DNA of 64,000 nt from Myxococcales bacterium (GTDB lineage: Bacteria; Myxococcota_A; Polyangia; Polyangiales; DASUME01). The notes beneath the pieces are model-generated. The model did not search any database and had not been told where the DNA came from. It saw only the letters and a list, made by a program, of their open reading frames with translations. The DNA is taken from contig JASGJH010000001.1 in NCBI GenBank assembly GCA_047601445.1, positions 6,720,001-6,784,000 of the forward strand. The letters are read 5' to 3'. A program made the translations under genes and the position numbers. This document shows, in pieces, positions 46,364 to 55,514 of this stretch; position 1 is the stretch's first letter, and each line of letters begins with the position of its first letter.

Positions 46364-47290
46364 ATGGACTCGCCTTCTTCGACCGCCGTGGCCAGCCCGC
46401 GGGGTCGCTTCGCGTTGCCGGTCTTATCGCTCTCCCCCGGCGTCTTGCTCAGTCTGGCCGCCGTCTACCTGATCTGGAGCTCGACCTACCTCGCGCTTCG
46501 CTTCATGGTCGCAGACCTGCCGCCGCTGCTCACGAGCGGCTTGCGTTATTTGCTTGCGGGACTGCTGCTCTACACCTTCCTGCGCGTGCGGGGCGCCGCT
46601 GCCCCAACGCGCAGGCAGTGGCTGCTTTCCGCGATCACGGGCAACTTGATGTTCTTCGTCGGCAACGGCTTCGTCGCGATCGCGGCGCGAGAAGTTCCCT
46701 CCGGTGTCACGGCCATGGCGGTCGCGTCGATGCCGCTCTTCCTCGCGGCCATGGAGGCGCTGCTCGGCCAGCGTCCGACGCGATTGCAGGGGCTTGGTCT
46801 CGGCCTCGGGATGCTCGGCGTCGTATGGATGAACGCGGGCGAGTTGAGCGTCACACCGGGCGCAGGGGTGTTGCTCATGCTGGCGCCGGTCGGTTGGGCC
46901 ACGGGCTCGCTGCTCGTGCGTCGCGTCGCCCTGCCCACGGGCCCGATGGCCGCAGCTGCGCAGATGATCGCAGGCGGCACGGTGATGGGTCTCTACGGCT
47001 ACGGCGCCGGCGAGCGCATCGTGGCCATGCCATCGACCAGCTCGCTGCTCGCGGTCGTGTACCTGGTGATTTTCGGCTCGATCGTCGGCTTCTCGGCTTG
47101 CATGCACCTCTTGCGCAATACGTCGGCCTCGCTCGCCACGAGCTACGCCTACGTGAACCCCGTGCTCGCGGTGGCACTCGGCGCGCTGGTGGCGGGCGAG
47201 CGCGTGCAGCCCGCCGTGCTCCTGGCGGGTGCGCTGGTGGTCGCAGGCGTCGCGGTGCTCCTCACGAGCGCGGCGCGGCCTAAACCCTGA
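46364..47290 (+). CDS. yedA: EamA/DMT family exporter (YedA-like)
   Basis: About 10 TM; VYLIWSSTYLA, SYAYVNP; divergent from MocR. Confidence 0.85.
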   Translation: MDSPSSTAVASPRGRFALPVLSLSPGVLLSLAAVYLIWSSTYLALRFMVADLPPLLTSGLRYLLAGLLLYTFLRVRGAAAPTRRQWLLSAITGNLMFFVGNGFVAIAAREVPSGVTAMAVASMPLFLAAMEALLGQRPTRLQGLGLGLGMLGVVWMNAGELSVTPGAGVLLMLAPVGWATGSLLVRRVALPTGPMAAAAQMIAGGTVMGLYGYGAGERIVAMPSTSSLLAVVYLVIFGSIVGFSACMHLLRNTSASLATSYAYVNPVLAVALGALVAGERVQPAVLLAGALVVAGVAVLLTSAARPKP

Positions 47291-47510
47291 GGCTGGGGAT
47301 CACCCCTGCGCGCGAGGTGCGGGAGCACATCGGAGGCACGTGCAGCGCAAGCGAAGGCTCATGCCCGTCCGGCACCGAGTGCACCTACCACATTCACCCG
47401 GCGGGATGTGGTCTCGGAGTCTGCGCTTCACCGTAAGGGCGGGCCTGAAGCGGAGAGGCGACAAGCCCCAGAGCTTGCAGCACGCCTCAGGCGTTGAGCT
47501 TCAGAGATGC

Positions 47511-48860
47511 TCAGCTCGGCGAGAGCCCGTAGCGCTTCAACTTCGCGTACAGCGAAGAGCGCGCGATCCCGAGTCGCCGCGCCGCGGCCTCGACCTTGCC
47601 GTCCGATTCCTGCAGTGCGAGCACCACACAACGCCGCTCGGCGTCTTCGAGACTGTCGCCGCCGGTCGCCTGCGGTGGATCGCTCGTGGGACTGAAGGCG
47701 GGGCTGAAGCGCAGGGCCTCCACTTCGAGCCGATCTCCGCGGCAGAAGATGAGGGCGCGCTCCAGCACGTTGCGTAGCTCGCGCACGTTGCCCGGCCAGC
47801 GGTAGCGGGTGAGCGCCTGGCTCGCGGCATCCGAGAGCTCGATGCCCGGCTTGCCTTGCTCGGCGCCGATGTTGGCCAGCAGGGAGCGCGCGATGGGGAC
47901 GATGTCCTCCGGACGACTCCTCAGTGGAGGCAGCTCGAAGATGATGGTGTTGATGCGAAAGAGTAGGTCTTCGCGGAAGGTGCCAGCCGCGGTCATGCGC
48001 GGTAGGTCGCGGTGAGTAGCGGCGATCAGGCGTACATCGGCATCGCGCACGTGCACGTCGCCCAGGCGTCGATAGCGCTTCTCTTCGAGCACCTTCAACA
48101 ACTTGGGCTGGACCGTCAGATCGAGATCGCCGACCTCGTCGAGAAAAAGCGTGCCCTCGTGGGCCAGCTCGAGCAGACCGCCCTTGTCCGTGGTCGCTCC
48201 GGTGAAGGTTCCGCGGCGATGCCCAAAGAGCTCCGACTCGGCGAGCTCCTTACTCAAGCCCGCACAGTTCAGGTCCACGTACGCAGCCTGGGCGCGCCTG
48301 CCATTCTCGTGCAGCCAGCGTGCGAGCACGCTCTTGCCGGTGCCGGTCTCGCCCGTGATGAGCACCGGTGCCTGACTGTGCAAGACGGCCCGAGCCAACT
48401 CGGAGACCTCTCGGATCGCGCGGCTCGCTCCAATGAAAGGATCCACACTGGCCTTGGCGCGGCTGCGCTCCGAGGCCGTGAGCTTGCGCTGGGCGCGCCG
48501 CTGCTCGAGCACGCGTCGGAGGAGGGCCAGCATGGCGTCGGTCTGCACGGGCTTCGTGAGGAAATTCTCGGCGCCCGCCTTCATCGCTTCCACGGCCAGC
48601 TCGTACGAAGCAGTGCCCGTGATCACCAGGACCGGGGTCGAGTCGCCGCGCTGTCTGAGCGCGCGCAGAAGGTCGAGCGCCGTTCCGTCGGGCAGTCCGT
48701 GGTCCACCAGCGCAACGTCCGGAGGAGCTTCGCCCATCACGTTGAGCGCCTCACTGATGGAGCTCGCGAGGCGAACCTCATAGCCCTCCATGGTCAGCAG
48801 CTGGCCCATGGTCTCGCGCAGCACATAGTCGTCTTCGACGACGAGCAAGTTGTACTTCAT
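47511..48860 (-). CDS. Sigma-54-dependent response regulator (NtrC family)
   Basis: REC, GETGTGKS, ESELFGH..GTFTGA, LFLDEV, WPGNVREL, Fis-type HTH. Confidence 0.95.
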   Translation of the reverse strand: MKYNLLVVEDDYVLRETMGQLLTMEGYEVRLASSISEALNVMGEAPPDVALVDHGLPDGTALDLLRALRQRGDSTPVLVITGTASYELAVEAMKAGAENFLTKPVQTDAMLALLRRVLEQRRAQRKLTASERSRAKASVDPFIGASRAIREVSELARAVLHSQAPVLITGETGTGKSVLARWLHENGRRAQAAYVDLNCAGLSKELAESELFGHRRGTFTGATTDKGGLLELAHEGTLFLDEVGDLDLTVQPKLLKVLEEKRYRRLGDVHVRDADVRLIAATHRDLPRMTAAGTFREDLLFRINTIIFELPPLRSRPEDIVPIARSLLANIGAEQGKPGIELSDAASQALTRYRWPGNVRELRNVLERALIFCRGDRLEVEALRFSPAFSPTSDPPQATGGDSLEDAERRCVVLALQESDGKVEAAARRLGIARSSLYAKLKRYGLSPS

Positions 48861-48955
48861 CCGACGCGCGCTCCCTCGCTAACACAGACGGAGTTCATTT
48901 GAGGCGGGGTACGACTGTGTGGGCAGGCACGGAACATCATGGCGCGGATGGCGTA

Positions 48956-48994
48956 GTCCAATCGTTGGACAAGAAGCTGTCCAGTTTTCCGGAC
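48956..48994. promoter_or_regulatory. Tandem palindromes, candidate enhancer (UAS)
   Basis: GTCCAA-tcg-TTGGAC (48956-48970) and GTCC-N8-GGAC (48979-48994). Confidence 0.55.
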
Positions 48995-49091
48995 TCGCGG
49001 ACGCCGCTCACCCCACGAACCACTACTCCGATTCTCCAATTTCACCCTGAAATTCACATTACCCGATCGCGTCGACGGACTGAACGGCAAT

Positions 49092-49107
49092 TGGTTCACT
49101 CCTTGCG
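49092..49107 (+). promoter_or_regulatory. Putative sigma-54 promoter
   Basis: TGGTTCACTCCTTGCG: GG-N10-GC upstream of ATG 49121. Confidence 0.6.
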
Positions 49108-49120
49108 TAGTGCGTCCGCG

Positions 49121-49543
49121 ATGGACAAAACGAGCGACGCCCCAAGGCTCGCATCTCACCGGCCGCCGAAGGTTCTCGTACTCGGTCAGGACAAAGCGAC
49201 GCTCGCGCACACAACGGACATCCTCGAGCGCGCCGGCTTCTTGGCGCTCTGCCAGACCAGCTCGAGCGGCGCCGCGGACTTCGCCATTCGCGAGAAGGTT
49301 GCCGCCGCCGTGATCGACTTTGATGCTCTCGCGCGCAGCGAACGCATCGCGCGCGCGCTCCGCGCCCACGTGTCGCTGGAGACGCTGCCGATCGTGCTGA
49401 TCGCCGGCGCCCTCGAGCAAGCGGAGAGCAGCCTCGACGCGACGACCCTGGAGCGCTCGCTCGTACGGCTCGTGCTGGTGCCTTTGGTGCGCTCGATGAT
49501 CGAACACCGCGTCCGGAATGACGCCTGGGAGCGACGATGCTGA
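49121..49543 (+). CDS. Degenerate receiver-domain protein
   Basis: KVLVLGQD...LERAGF...AAVIDFD...LPIVLIAG; acidic pocket and Lys altered. Confidence 0.6.
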   Translation: MDKTSDAPRLASHRPPKVLVLGQDKATLAHTTDILERAGFLALCQTSSSGAADFAIREKVAAAVIDFDALARSERIARALRAHVSLETLPIVLIAGALEQAESSLDATTLERSLVRLVLVPLVRSMIEHRVRNDAWERRC

Positions 49544-49944
49544 AAGAAAAGACCGAAGCGCGGAAAGTCAAAATCCTCGTCATCGACGACGACGAGATCG
49601 CGCTGGAAGCGATCCGCGAGGTCCTGGTGGGGGCGGGCTACGAGCCGGTCTGCATGGGCTCTCCCATCGGCGCCACGCAGGTGATCGTCAGCCAGGGCAT
49701 CGAGGCGGTGGTCGTCGATCTGAACATGCCCGTGATGACGGGGGACCGCTTCATCTCCCTGCTGCGGAGTTGGGACCGCATTCGGACGCTGCCCGCGATC
49801 TTGATCTCCGAATCGACGCAAGAGAGGCTCGAGGATGTGGCAGGACCGCTCGCGCTCGTGCAGACAGTAACCAAGAGCAACATGCGCAAGGCGCTCCCGC
49901 ATGCGCTGCAGCGCGCGCTCGCCAGGGCAGGCAAGCGCACATGA
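49537..49944 (+). CDS. Single-domain response regulator
   Basis: ILVIDDD, VVDLNMP, VTK; SPIGAT motif. Confidence 0.9.
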   Translation: MLKEKTEARKVKILVIDDDEIALEAIREVLVGAGYEPVCMGSPIGATQVIVSQGIEAVVVDLNMPVMTGDRFISLLRSWDRIRTLPAILISESTQERLEDVAGPLALVQTVTKSNMRKALPHALQRALARAGKRT

Positions 49945-52610
49945 GCATGCCTACCGAGGCCCCGCAGGTGGCCGAACTGCGCGCGGAGGAAGCGCAGACT
50001 GCCCAGCTCGGGCGCCGGATCAAGCTCGGATTCCTGGTGTTTTCGGTGAGCTTGATGGTGGCGCTGTCGGGCGTGATCTTCCTGATCATCTCCCAGATTT
50101 TCGGCTCCCTGACCCCCTCCATCCGGCGCGACCTCGAGTGGAAGGCCTCGCGCGGCGCGCTGGCGCTGGGGCGCGACGTGGAGCTCGGGGCCATCACGGA
50201 GGACGCCGCGGCGCTCGCCCAGCAGGTCTCGCACTACGCACATGATCCGGACGTGCGGGCCATCCTCGTGGTCAGTCCTCAGGGCAAGACCCTGTATGCC
50301 TTTGGCAAGAGTGAGCTATCGCAAGAGCAGCTCTTTTTGGGGCGTCCCGGCGAGCTGAAGCGAAGCCATGACTCCCTGTACGCCCACGCCGTCTCCACCA
50401 TCGAAGGCGCCGAGGTCGGCAAGGTCGGGCTGGTGATCTCGGCCGCGCGCATCCGGGCGGGCGACGAGCTGCGCTCGAACGTGCTCCTCACGGGCGCCGT
50501 GGCCTGCCTGGTGGCGCTCGGCCTGTCGCTCGCCTTCGTGAATCTCTGGGTCAGTCCGCTGCTCGAGATCGTCAGGCGCGCGTTCACCAAGCTCGCCGAG
50601 ACCACGGCCCAGGCACTCGAAACTGCCCGCTTGAAGAGCGAGTTTTTGGCCAATATGAGCCATGAAATCCGCACGCCCATGAACGGCGTGCTCGCCATGA
50701 GCGACATGCTGATGCGCACGGGGCTCGACGAGCGCCAGGCGCGCTTCGCGGAGATCGTGCGCGCGTCGGCGCGCAGCCTGCTGACCATCATCAACGACAT
50801 CCTCGACTTCTCGAAGATCGAGGCCGGCAAGTACGAGCTCACGGCGAGCGACTTCGATCCGCGCATCCAGGTGCAGGAGGTCATCGAGCTGCTCGCGCCG
50901 CGCGCGACCGTCAAGAGCCTCGAGCTCGCCTATCGCATCGCGCCCGACGTGCCCAAGCTCCTGCGCGGCGATCCCGACCGCTTCAAGCAAGTGCTCACCA
51001 ACCTGATCGGCAACGCCATCAAGTTCACCGAGACCGGTGAAGTGGTAGTCACCGTGAAGGTGGCCCAGCGCGGCGCGGAGAACCTGCTCCTGAGCTGCTC
51101 GGTGCGCGACACGGGTCCCGGCATCAGCGCCGAGAACATCGCCAAGCTGTTCCACTCCTTCTCACAGGTCGACGGCTCGAGCACGCGCCAGCACGGCGGC
51201 ACCGGGCTCGGCCTCGCCATCTCGCGGCGGCTCGCGGAGCTGATGGGCGGCACGGTCTCGGTGGAGAGCGTGCTCGGCGAGGGCAGCACCTTCATCTACA
51301 CGGCGTCGATGGCCCTCGTGGCCACCACCGGCGACGAACAGACCTCGCCCGATCACGTGCCCGGAAAGCGCGTGCTCATCGTGGACGACAGCCGCACCGT
51401 GCGCGGTCTGCTGGAGGAGCAGCTCGTGTACTGGGGCATGCGCTGCGTCAGCGTGGAGAACGCCGCCGAGGCCTTGATTTGCATCGAGCAGGCCTTGATG
51501 GAGGGCACGCCCTTCGACGCCGTGTTGCTCGACGCCGAGCTGCCGGAGCAGGGAGGAGTGGCTCTGGCGGGCGCGGTCACGTCGAGCGCACTGACGCTCC
51601 CGGTGGTGTTGATGACCTCGAGCTCCGAGTCGTCGAAGCCCGTGGGCATGCGCGAATTGCCGGCCGTGTCGAAGCCGCTGCGCGAGTCGGACTTGTTCGA
51701 TCGCTTGATGGAGGCGTTCCACACCGGCGGCGGCAAGGACAGCAAGGGCAAGAAGGCGCGCACCCACAGCCGAGCTCAGCTCAAGGGGCGCGTGCTCGCA
51801 GTCGACGACAACGAGATCAACCAGGCCGTGGCCGAGGAACTCCTCACCGAGCTCGGACTCGAAGTGGAGGTCGTGGGCAACGGACTCGAGGCGTTTCAGG
51901 CAGTGCAGCGCAAGCGCTACGACGCCGTGCTGATGGACTGTCAGATGCCCGTGATGGACGGCTATGCGGCCGCCACGGCGATTCGCCACTGGGAGGCGGA
52001 CACCGGAACCCCGCGCACACCGATCGTGGCGCTCACGGCGCATGCGCTCTCTGGTGAGCGTGAGAAGGTGCTCGCGGCGGGCATGGATGATTATCTCACC
52101 AAGCCGATCCCCGTGCGCTCGCTCGAGGTCACGCTCGCGCGCTTTTTGCCCCAGCGGAGCGAAGGATCCGAGCGTTCTCCCAAGCGGCCCGAGCCCAAGG
52201 TCACGCCGTCGTTCGCTCCCGCGACGGATGCGAGCCCTCGCGTGGTCGAGAAGAGTGCGGAGCCAGCCCGCGACGCATCGTTCTACCTGAACCCGGACAT
52301 GCCGCGCTCGGCGCGCATCATCGAGCTGTTCCTCAAGCACGTGCCAGGGCAGCTGAGCTCCCTGCTGGAGGTCTCCGCGCAGCGCGACGCGGAGCAGATC
52401 CGGGCGGCATCCCACAAGCTGAAGGGTGGCTGCGCGAGCATCGGGGCGGTCGCCATGGCCTCCATGTGCGCGCGCATCCAGCACGACGCGGAGAGCGGAA
52501 ATCTCGCCTTCGTGCAGGACATGGCCCACGAGGTGAACCGCCTCTACGGACCGACCTCGAGCGCGTTGCAGCGCGAGCTTCAAGCCAAGTCGAAGCAGGA
52601 GTCAGTCTGA
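49941..52610 (+). CDS. Hybrid histidine kinase (2TM-HisKA-HATPase-REC-REC-Hpt)
   Basis: FLANMSHEIRTPMNG, NLIGNAIKFT, GGTGLGL, LMDCQMP, SHKLKG; ATGA overlap. Confidence 0.93.
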   Translation: MSMPTEAPQVAELRAEEAQTAQLGRRIKLGFLVFSVSLMVALSGVIFLIISQIFGSLTPSIRRDLEWKASRGALALGRDVELGAITEDAAALAQQVSHYAHDPDVRAILVVSPQGKTLYAFGKSELSQEQLFLGRPGELKRSHDSLYAHAVSTIEGAEVGKVGLVISAARIRAGDELRSNVLLTGAVACLVALGLSLAFVNLWVSPLLEIVRRAFTKLAETTAQALETARLKSEFLANMSHEIRTPMNGVLAMSDMLMRTGLDERQARFAEIVRASARSLLTIINDILDFSKIEAGKYELTASDFDPRIQVQEVIELLAPRATVKSLELAYRIAPDVPKLLRGDPDRFKQVLTNLIGNAIKFTETGEVVVTVKVAQRGAENLLLSCSVRDTGPGISAENIAKLFHSFSQVDGSSTRQHGGTGLGLAISRRLAELMGGTVSVESVLGEGSTFIYTASMALVATTGDEQTSPDHVPGKRVLIVDDSRTVRGLLEEQLVYWGMRCVSVENAAEALICIEQALMEGTPFDAVLLDAELPEQGGVALAGAVTSSALTLPVVLMTSSSESSKPVGMRELPAVSKPLRESDLFDRLMEAFHTGGGKDSKGKKARTHSRAQLKGRVLAVDDNEINQAVAEELLTELGLEVEVVGNGLEAFQAVQRKRYDAVLMDCQMPVMDGYAAATAIRHWEADTGTPRTPIVALTAHALSGEREKVLAAGMDDYLTKPIPVRSLEVTLARFLPQRSEGSERSPKRPEPKVTPSFAPATDASPRVVEKSAEPARDASFYLNPDMPRSARIIELFLKHVPGQLSSLLEVSAQRDAEQIRAASHKLKGGCASIGAVAMASMCARIQHDAESGNLAFVQDMAHEVNRLYGPTSSALQRELQAKSKQESV

Positions 52611-52694
52611 GCCCCCTTCGGCCGTCGTAAACGCACCCACAACGCACTGACAAGACCTTCCTCGTTCATTCACGAGAGCGGAGAGCCCACTAGC

Positions 52695-53441
52695 ATGTCG
52701 TCCACAACATTCTCAAAGCGAACCCCTCACGCAGAGGGCCCCCCGCCGGCCTGGCGAGGCCTCTCGGGTGCAGGCTGGCTCGTCGCGCTCTGCAGCGCGC
52801 TCCTCGGTGGCTGCCTGGTCGACCTCGACGACCGCTGCGGGACTCACCAGAAGTACGACGACACGCTCATCCGCTGTGTCTGCGCAGACGGCTACGGCCT
52901 CTACGGCACCAAGTGCCTGGCATGCGGGGAGAACGAGGTAGGCTCGCTCGACGGCTGCTCCTGTGCACCCGGCACGCTGCGCGTCACGCCCGACGCTCCA
53001 TGCTCGGTGCAGGACACACTCGGCAAGGCGTGCACCAAGGACGAGGAGTGCGTGCACCCCACGTTCAATCACTGTCATCTGACCGATGGCGGTGGCTACT
53101 GCACGCAGCCCAACTGCACGACCACCATGGAGTGTCCGACCTCCGCCAGCTACGCGTGCAACACACGCGAGGCACCGAGCTTCTGCGAGCGTCCTCCCAC
53201 GGGCTTCGGCGCCAGCTGCGCAGGGCCCGACGACTGCGCGAGCTTCGAGGCGTCTTACTGCGAGGTCAACAGCTCGCACGCCTGTCTCGTCAACAACTGC
53301 GCGGCCAATCCGAGCATTTGCTACGGCGACCAGGTGTGCTGCGACATCGGGCTGATCGGCCAATCGATCTGCATCCCGCCCGATCAACTCTCCGACGGTG
53401 CATGCCCTGCAGGCGGCAAGCTGATCAAGGACGGGGTCTGA
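52695..53441 (+). CDS. Cys-rich (EGF-like) lipoprotein
   Basis: LLGG-C lipobox; CVCADGY, G.AC..D.EC repeats. Confidence 0.75.
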   Translation: MSSTTFSKRTPHAEGPPPAWRGLSGAGWLVALCSALLGGCLVDLDDRCGTHQKYDDTLIRCVCADGYGLYGTKCLACGENEVGSLDGCSCAPGTLRVTPDAPCSVQDTLGKACTKDEECVHPTFNHCHLTDGGGYCTQPNCTTTMECPTSASYACNTREAPSFCERPPTGFGASCAGPDDCASFEASYCEVNSSHACLVNNCAANPSICYGDQVCCDIGLIGQSICIPPDQLSDGACPAGGKLIKDGV

Positions 53442-53442
53442 C

Positions 53443-54952
53443 ATGCGCGTAAGATCCAGAGTCCTCATGTGGCTGCAGGGCGCGTTGCTCTGGGCCGTCG
53501 CGGTGCCCGCGTGGGCGCAGGCGAATGATCCGAATCTGCCACAAGCGCCCGTGACGGCGCCGGCCGTGCCTGCGGAGGCCCCCGCGGAGCCCGCACTCGT
53601 GCCCGCTCCGAGCGAAGCTCCTGTTCCCACGCTCTACGACGCAGCCGCGGCGAATGCGGAGGCACCCAGTGCCGCCGCAGCAGAATCCCGCGGTCGAAGC
53701 CGCCGCAAGCTCGGCGACGGCCGACGTGACGCCCACCGACGCCCAGCTCGCGGCGTTGATGGCCCAGGAAGAAGCGCCCGCCGAAGCCGAAGACGAGCCT
53801 TTTCCCGTCCAGGTCTACGGCTTCGCGGACGCCGGCTACCGACAGCTGTTCGTGGAGAAGAACAACCCGTGGCTGCTCTTCCTCAACCGACATCCCAGCA
53901 TGTTCGTCGGCAACCTCAACGTGTACCTCGACGCGAAGATGGGCTCCAAATGGCGCAGCCTCGTGGAAGTACGCTTGACCTACCTTCCGCAGGGCGCGCC
54001 TGACACCAGCCTCCAGACCGAGGACGTCCAGCGCCAACAGACGCGCACCCCCGACTATACCGACTTCTCCCGCAGCAAGACCCTCGGCGGCATCATGATC
54101 GAGCGCGCGTACATCGAGTACGCCGCGTTTTCGTGGCTCTCGTTCAAGGCTGGTCAGTGGCTCACGCCCTACGGTATCTGGAACGTCGACCACGGCTCAC
54201 CCGTGATCATCGGCGTGTCCCGACCGTTCATCATCGGTGGCGAACTCATGCCCGAGCATCAGCTAGGCCTATTGGCCGATGGCAGCGTCCCGCTCGGCGA
54301 CAACTGGGAGCTCTCGTACATGGGGGCCGTCTCGAACGGACGCATGGACCGCGTGCCCTACGAGGACATGGACAACAACAAGGCCATCACCGGACGCGCC
54401 GCGCTCACCTGGCGCAAGTACGGGCAGATGACTCTGGGGGGCACCGCATACGTGGGCAGCTTCTCGGACACGATCAATCAGCTGGTCGTGCAGCCCAACG
54501 GTGCTCCCACCAGCCGCGAAAAGATCAAGAGCCAGTACGACGAAACCACCTACGCAGTCGACTACCGCTGGCTCTATAAGGGCCTGCACCTGCAAGCCGA
54601 GTGGATCGTCAACGACCGCAAGTACACCTCCCACGGCCGACCCACCGGACCCGACGGAGGCCTCATCGCCGACCGTCGCAACTCCGGTGGCTACGCGCTG
54701 CTCGGCTACCGCACGCCTTGGCTCACCATCATGCCCTACGGCAAGGCGGAGATCACACCCGATCCCCAGATGCAGGCCATCGGCATCCACCAAAAGATCG
54801 CGCTCCTCACAGGAGGCATCAACGTGCGCCCGCGCCCGAACGTCGTGCTAAAGGCCGAGTACGTCTACGCCTTCTTCCCCAGCGCCCGGCCCAACACCTT
54901 CGAAAGCAACAACATCCGGGGGCTCGACCTCCAGATTGCGTGGCAGTTCTGA
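53443..54952 (+). CDS. Outer-membrane porin-like beta-barrel, split by +1 frameshift near 53685
   Basis: Signal AWA-Q plus Pro/Ala linker in the first frame; VQVYGFAD, IERAYIEY, KAGQWLTPYGIWN, LKAEY, AWQF in the second. Confidence 0.8.
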
Positions 54953-55431
54953 TGGAAACCTCAGCACTCACCCGCAGAACCTTCCTCTCCCTCGTCGGGC
55001 TCAGCGTCCTCGGCGCTGCAGCTCGCGTACACGCCGACGACCCCATCGTGGTGGTCGTCAGTGCCAAGAGCTCTCAAAAGGACCTCTCGATGGGCAAGCT
55101 GCGCCGCATCTTCTTGAATCAGGCGACTGATGACGATGATCGGAACCGCTTCCTGCCGATCAACGCGATGGCAAAGTCATCGCTGCGCGTACGCTTCGAT
55201 CAGGTGGTGCTCGACATGAGTGCCGACGAAGTTGGGCGGTACTGGGTGGATCAGCGCATCCGTGGATCGCAGCCGCCGCGCACGGTGCCCGACTTCGCGC
55301 TGGTGCGAGGTGTCGTCGCGAAGTGGCCGGGTGCGATCGCTTATCTGCCGGCCAGTCAGTTGCGGGCGGATGTGAAGGCGCTGGCGATCGACGGGCACTT
55401 GCCGGGGATGGGTGGGTATCCGTTGAGGTGA
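54952..55431 (+). CDS. Small Tat-exported PBP2/phosphate-binding-like protein
   Basis: LTRRTFL Tat signal; IVVVV.AK...LRRIFL...YW....IRG...V...PGAIAY; overlaps the porin stop. Confidence 0.8.
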   Translation: METSALTRRTFLSLVGLSVLGAAARVHADDPIVVVVSAKSSQKDLSMGKLRRIFLNQATDDDDRNRFLPINAMAKSSLRVRFDQVVLDMSADEVGRYWVDQRIRGSQPPRTVPDFALVRGVVAKWPGAIAYLPASQLRADVKALAIDGHLPGMGGYPLR

Positions 55432-55435
55432 ACGG

Positions 55436-55460
55436 GTGAGGGGCGAAAGGCGCCCCGCAC
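55436..55460. terminator. GC hairpin between convergent genes
   Basis: GTGAGGGGCG-aaagg-CGCCCCGCAC; no clear U-tract. Confidence 0.4.
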
Positions 55461-55514
55461 GCTGTTTCGCTGCGAAATTGGGCGGCCTTGGTCCCAACCC
55501 TTCCGATCGTTGGC

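Noticed and set aside
49518..49940. N-terminal 141 aa of the 1030-aa kinase ORF
   Set aside because: Overlaps the genuine receiver gene in another frame; ATG 49941 is coupled to its stop.
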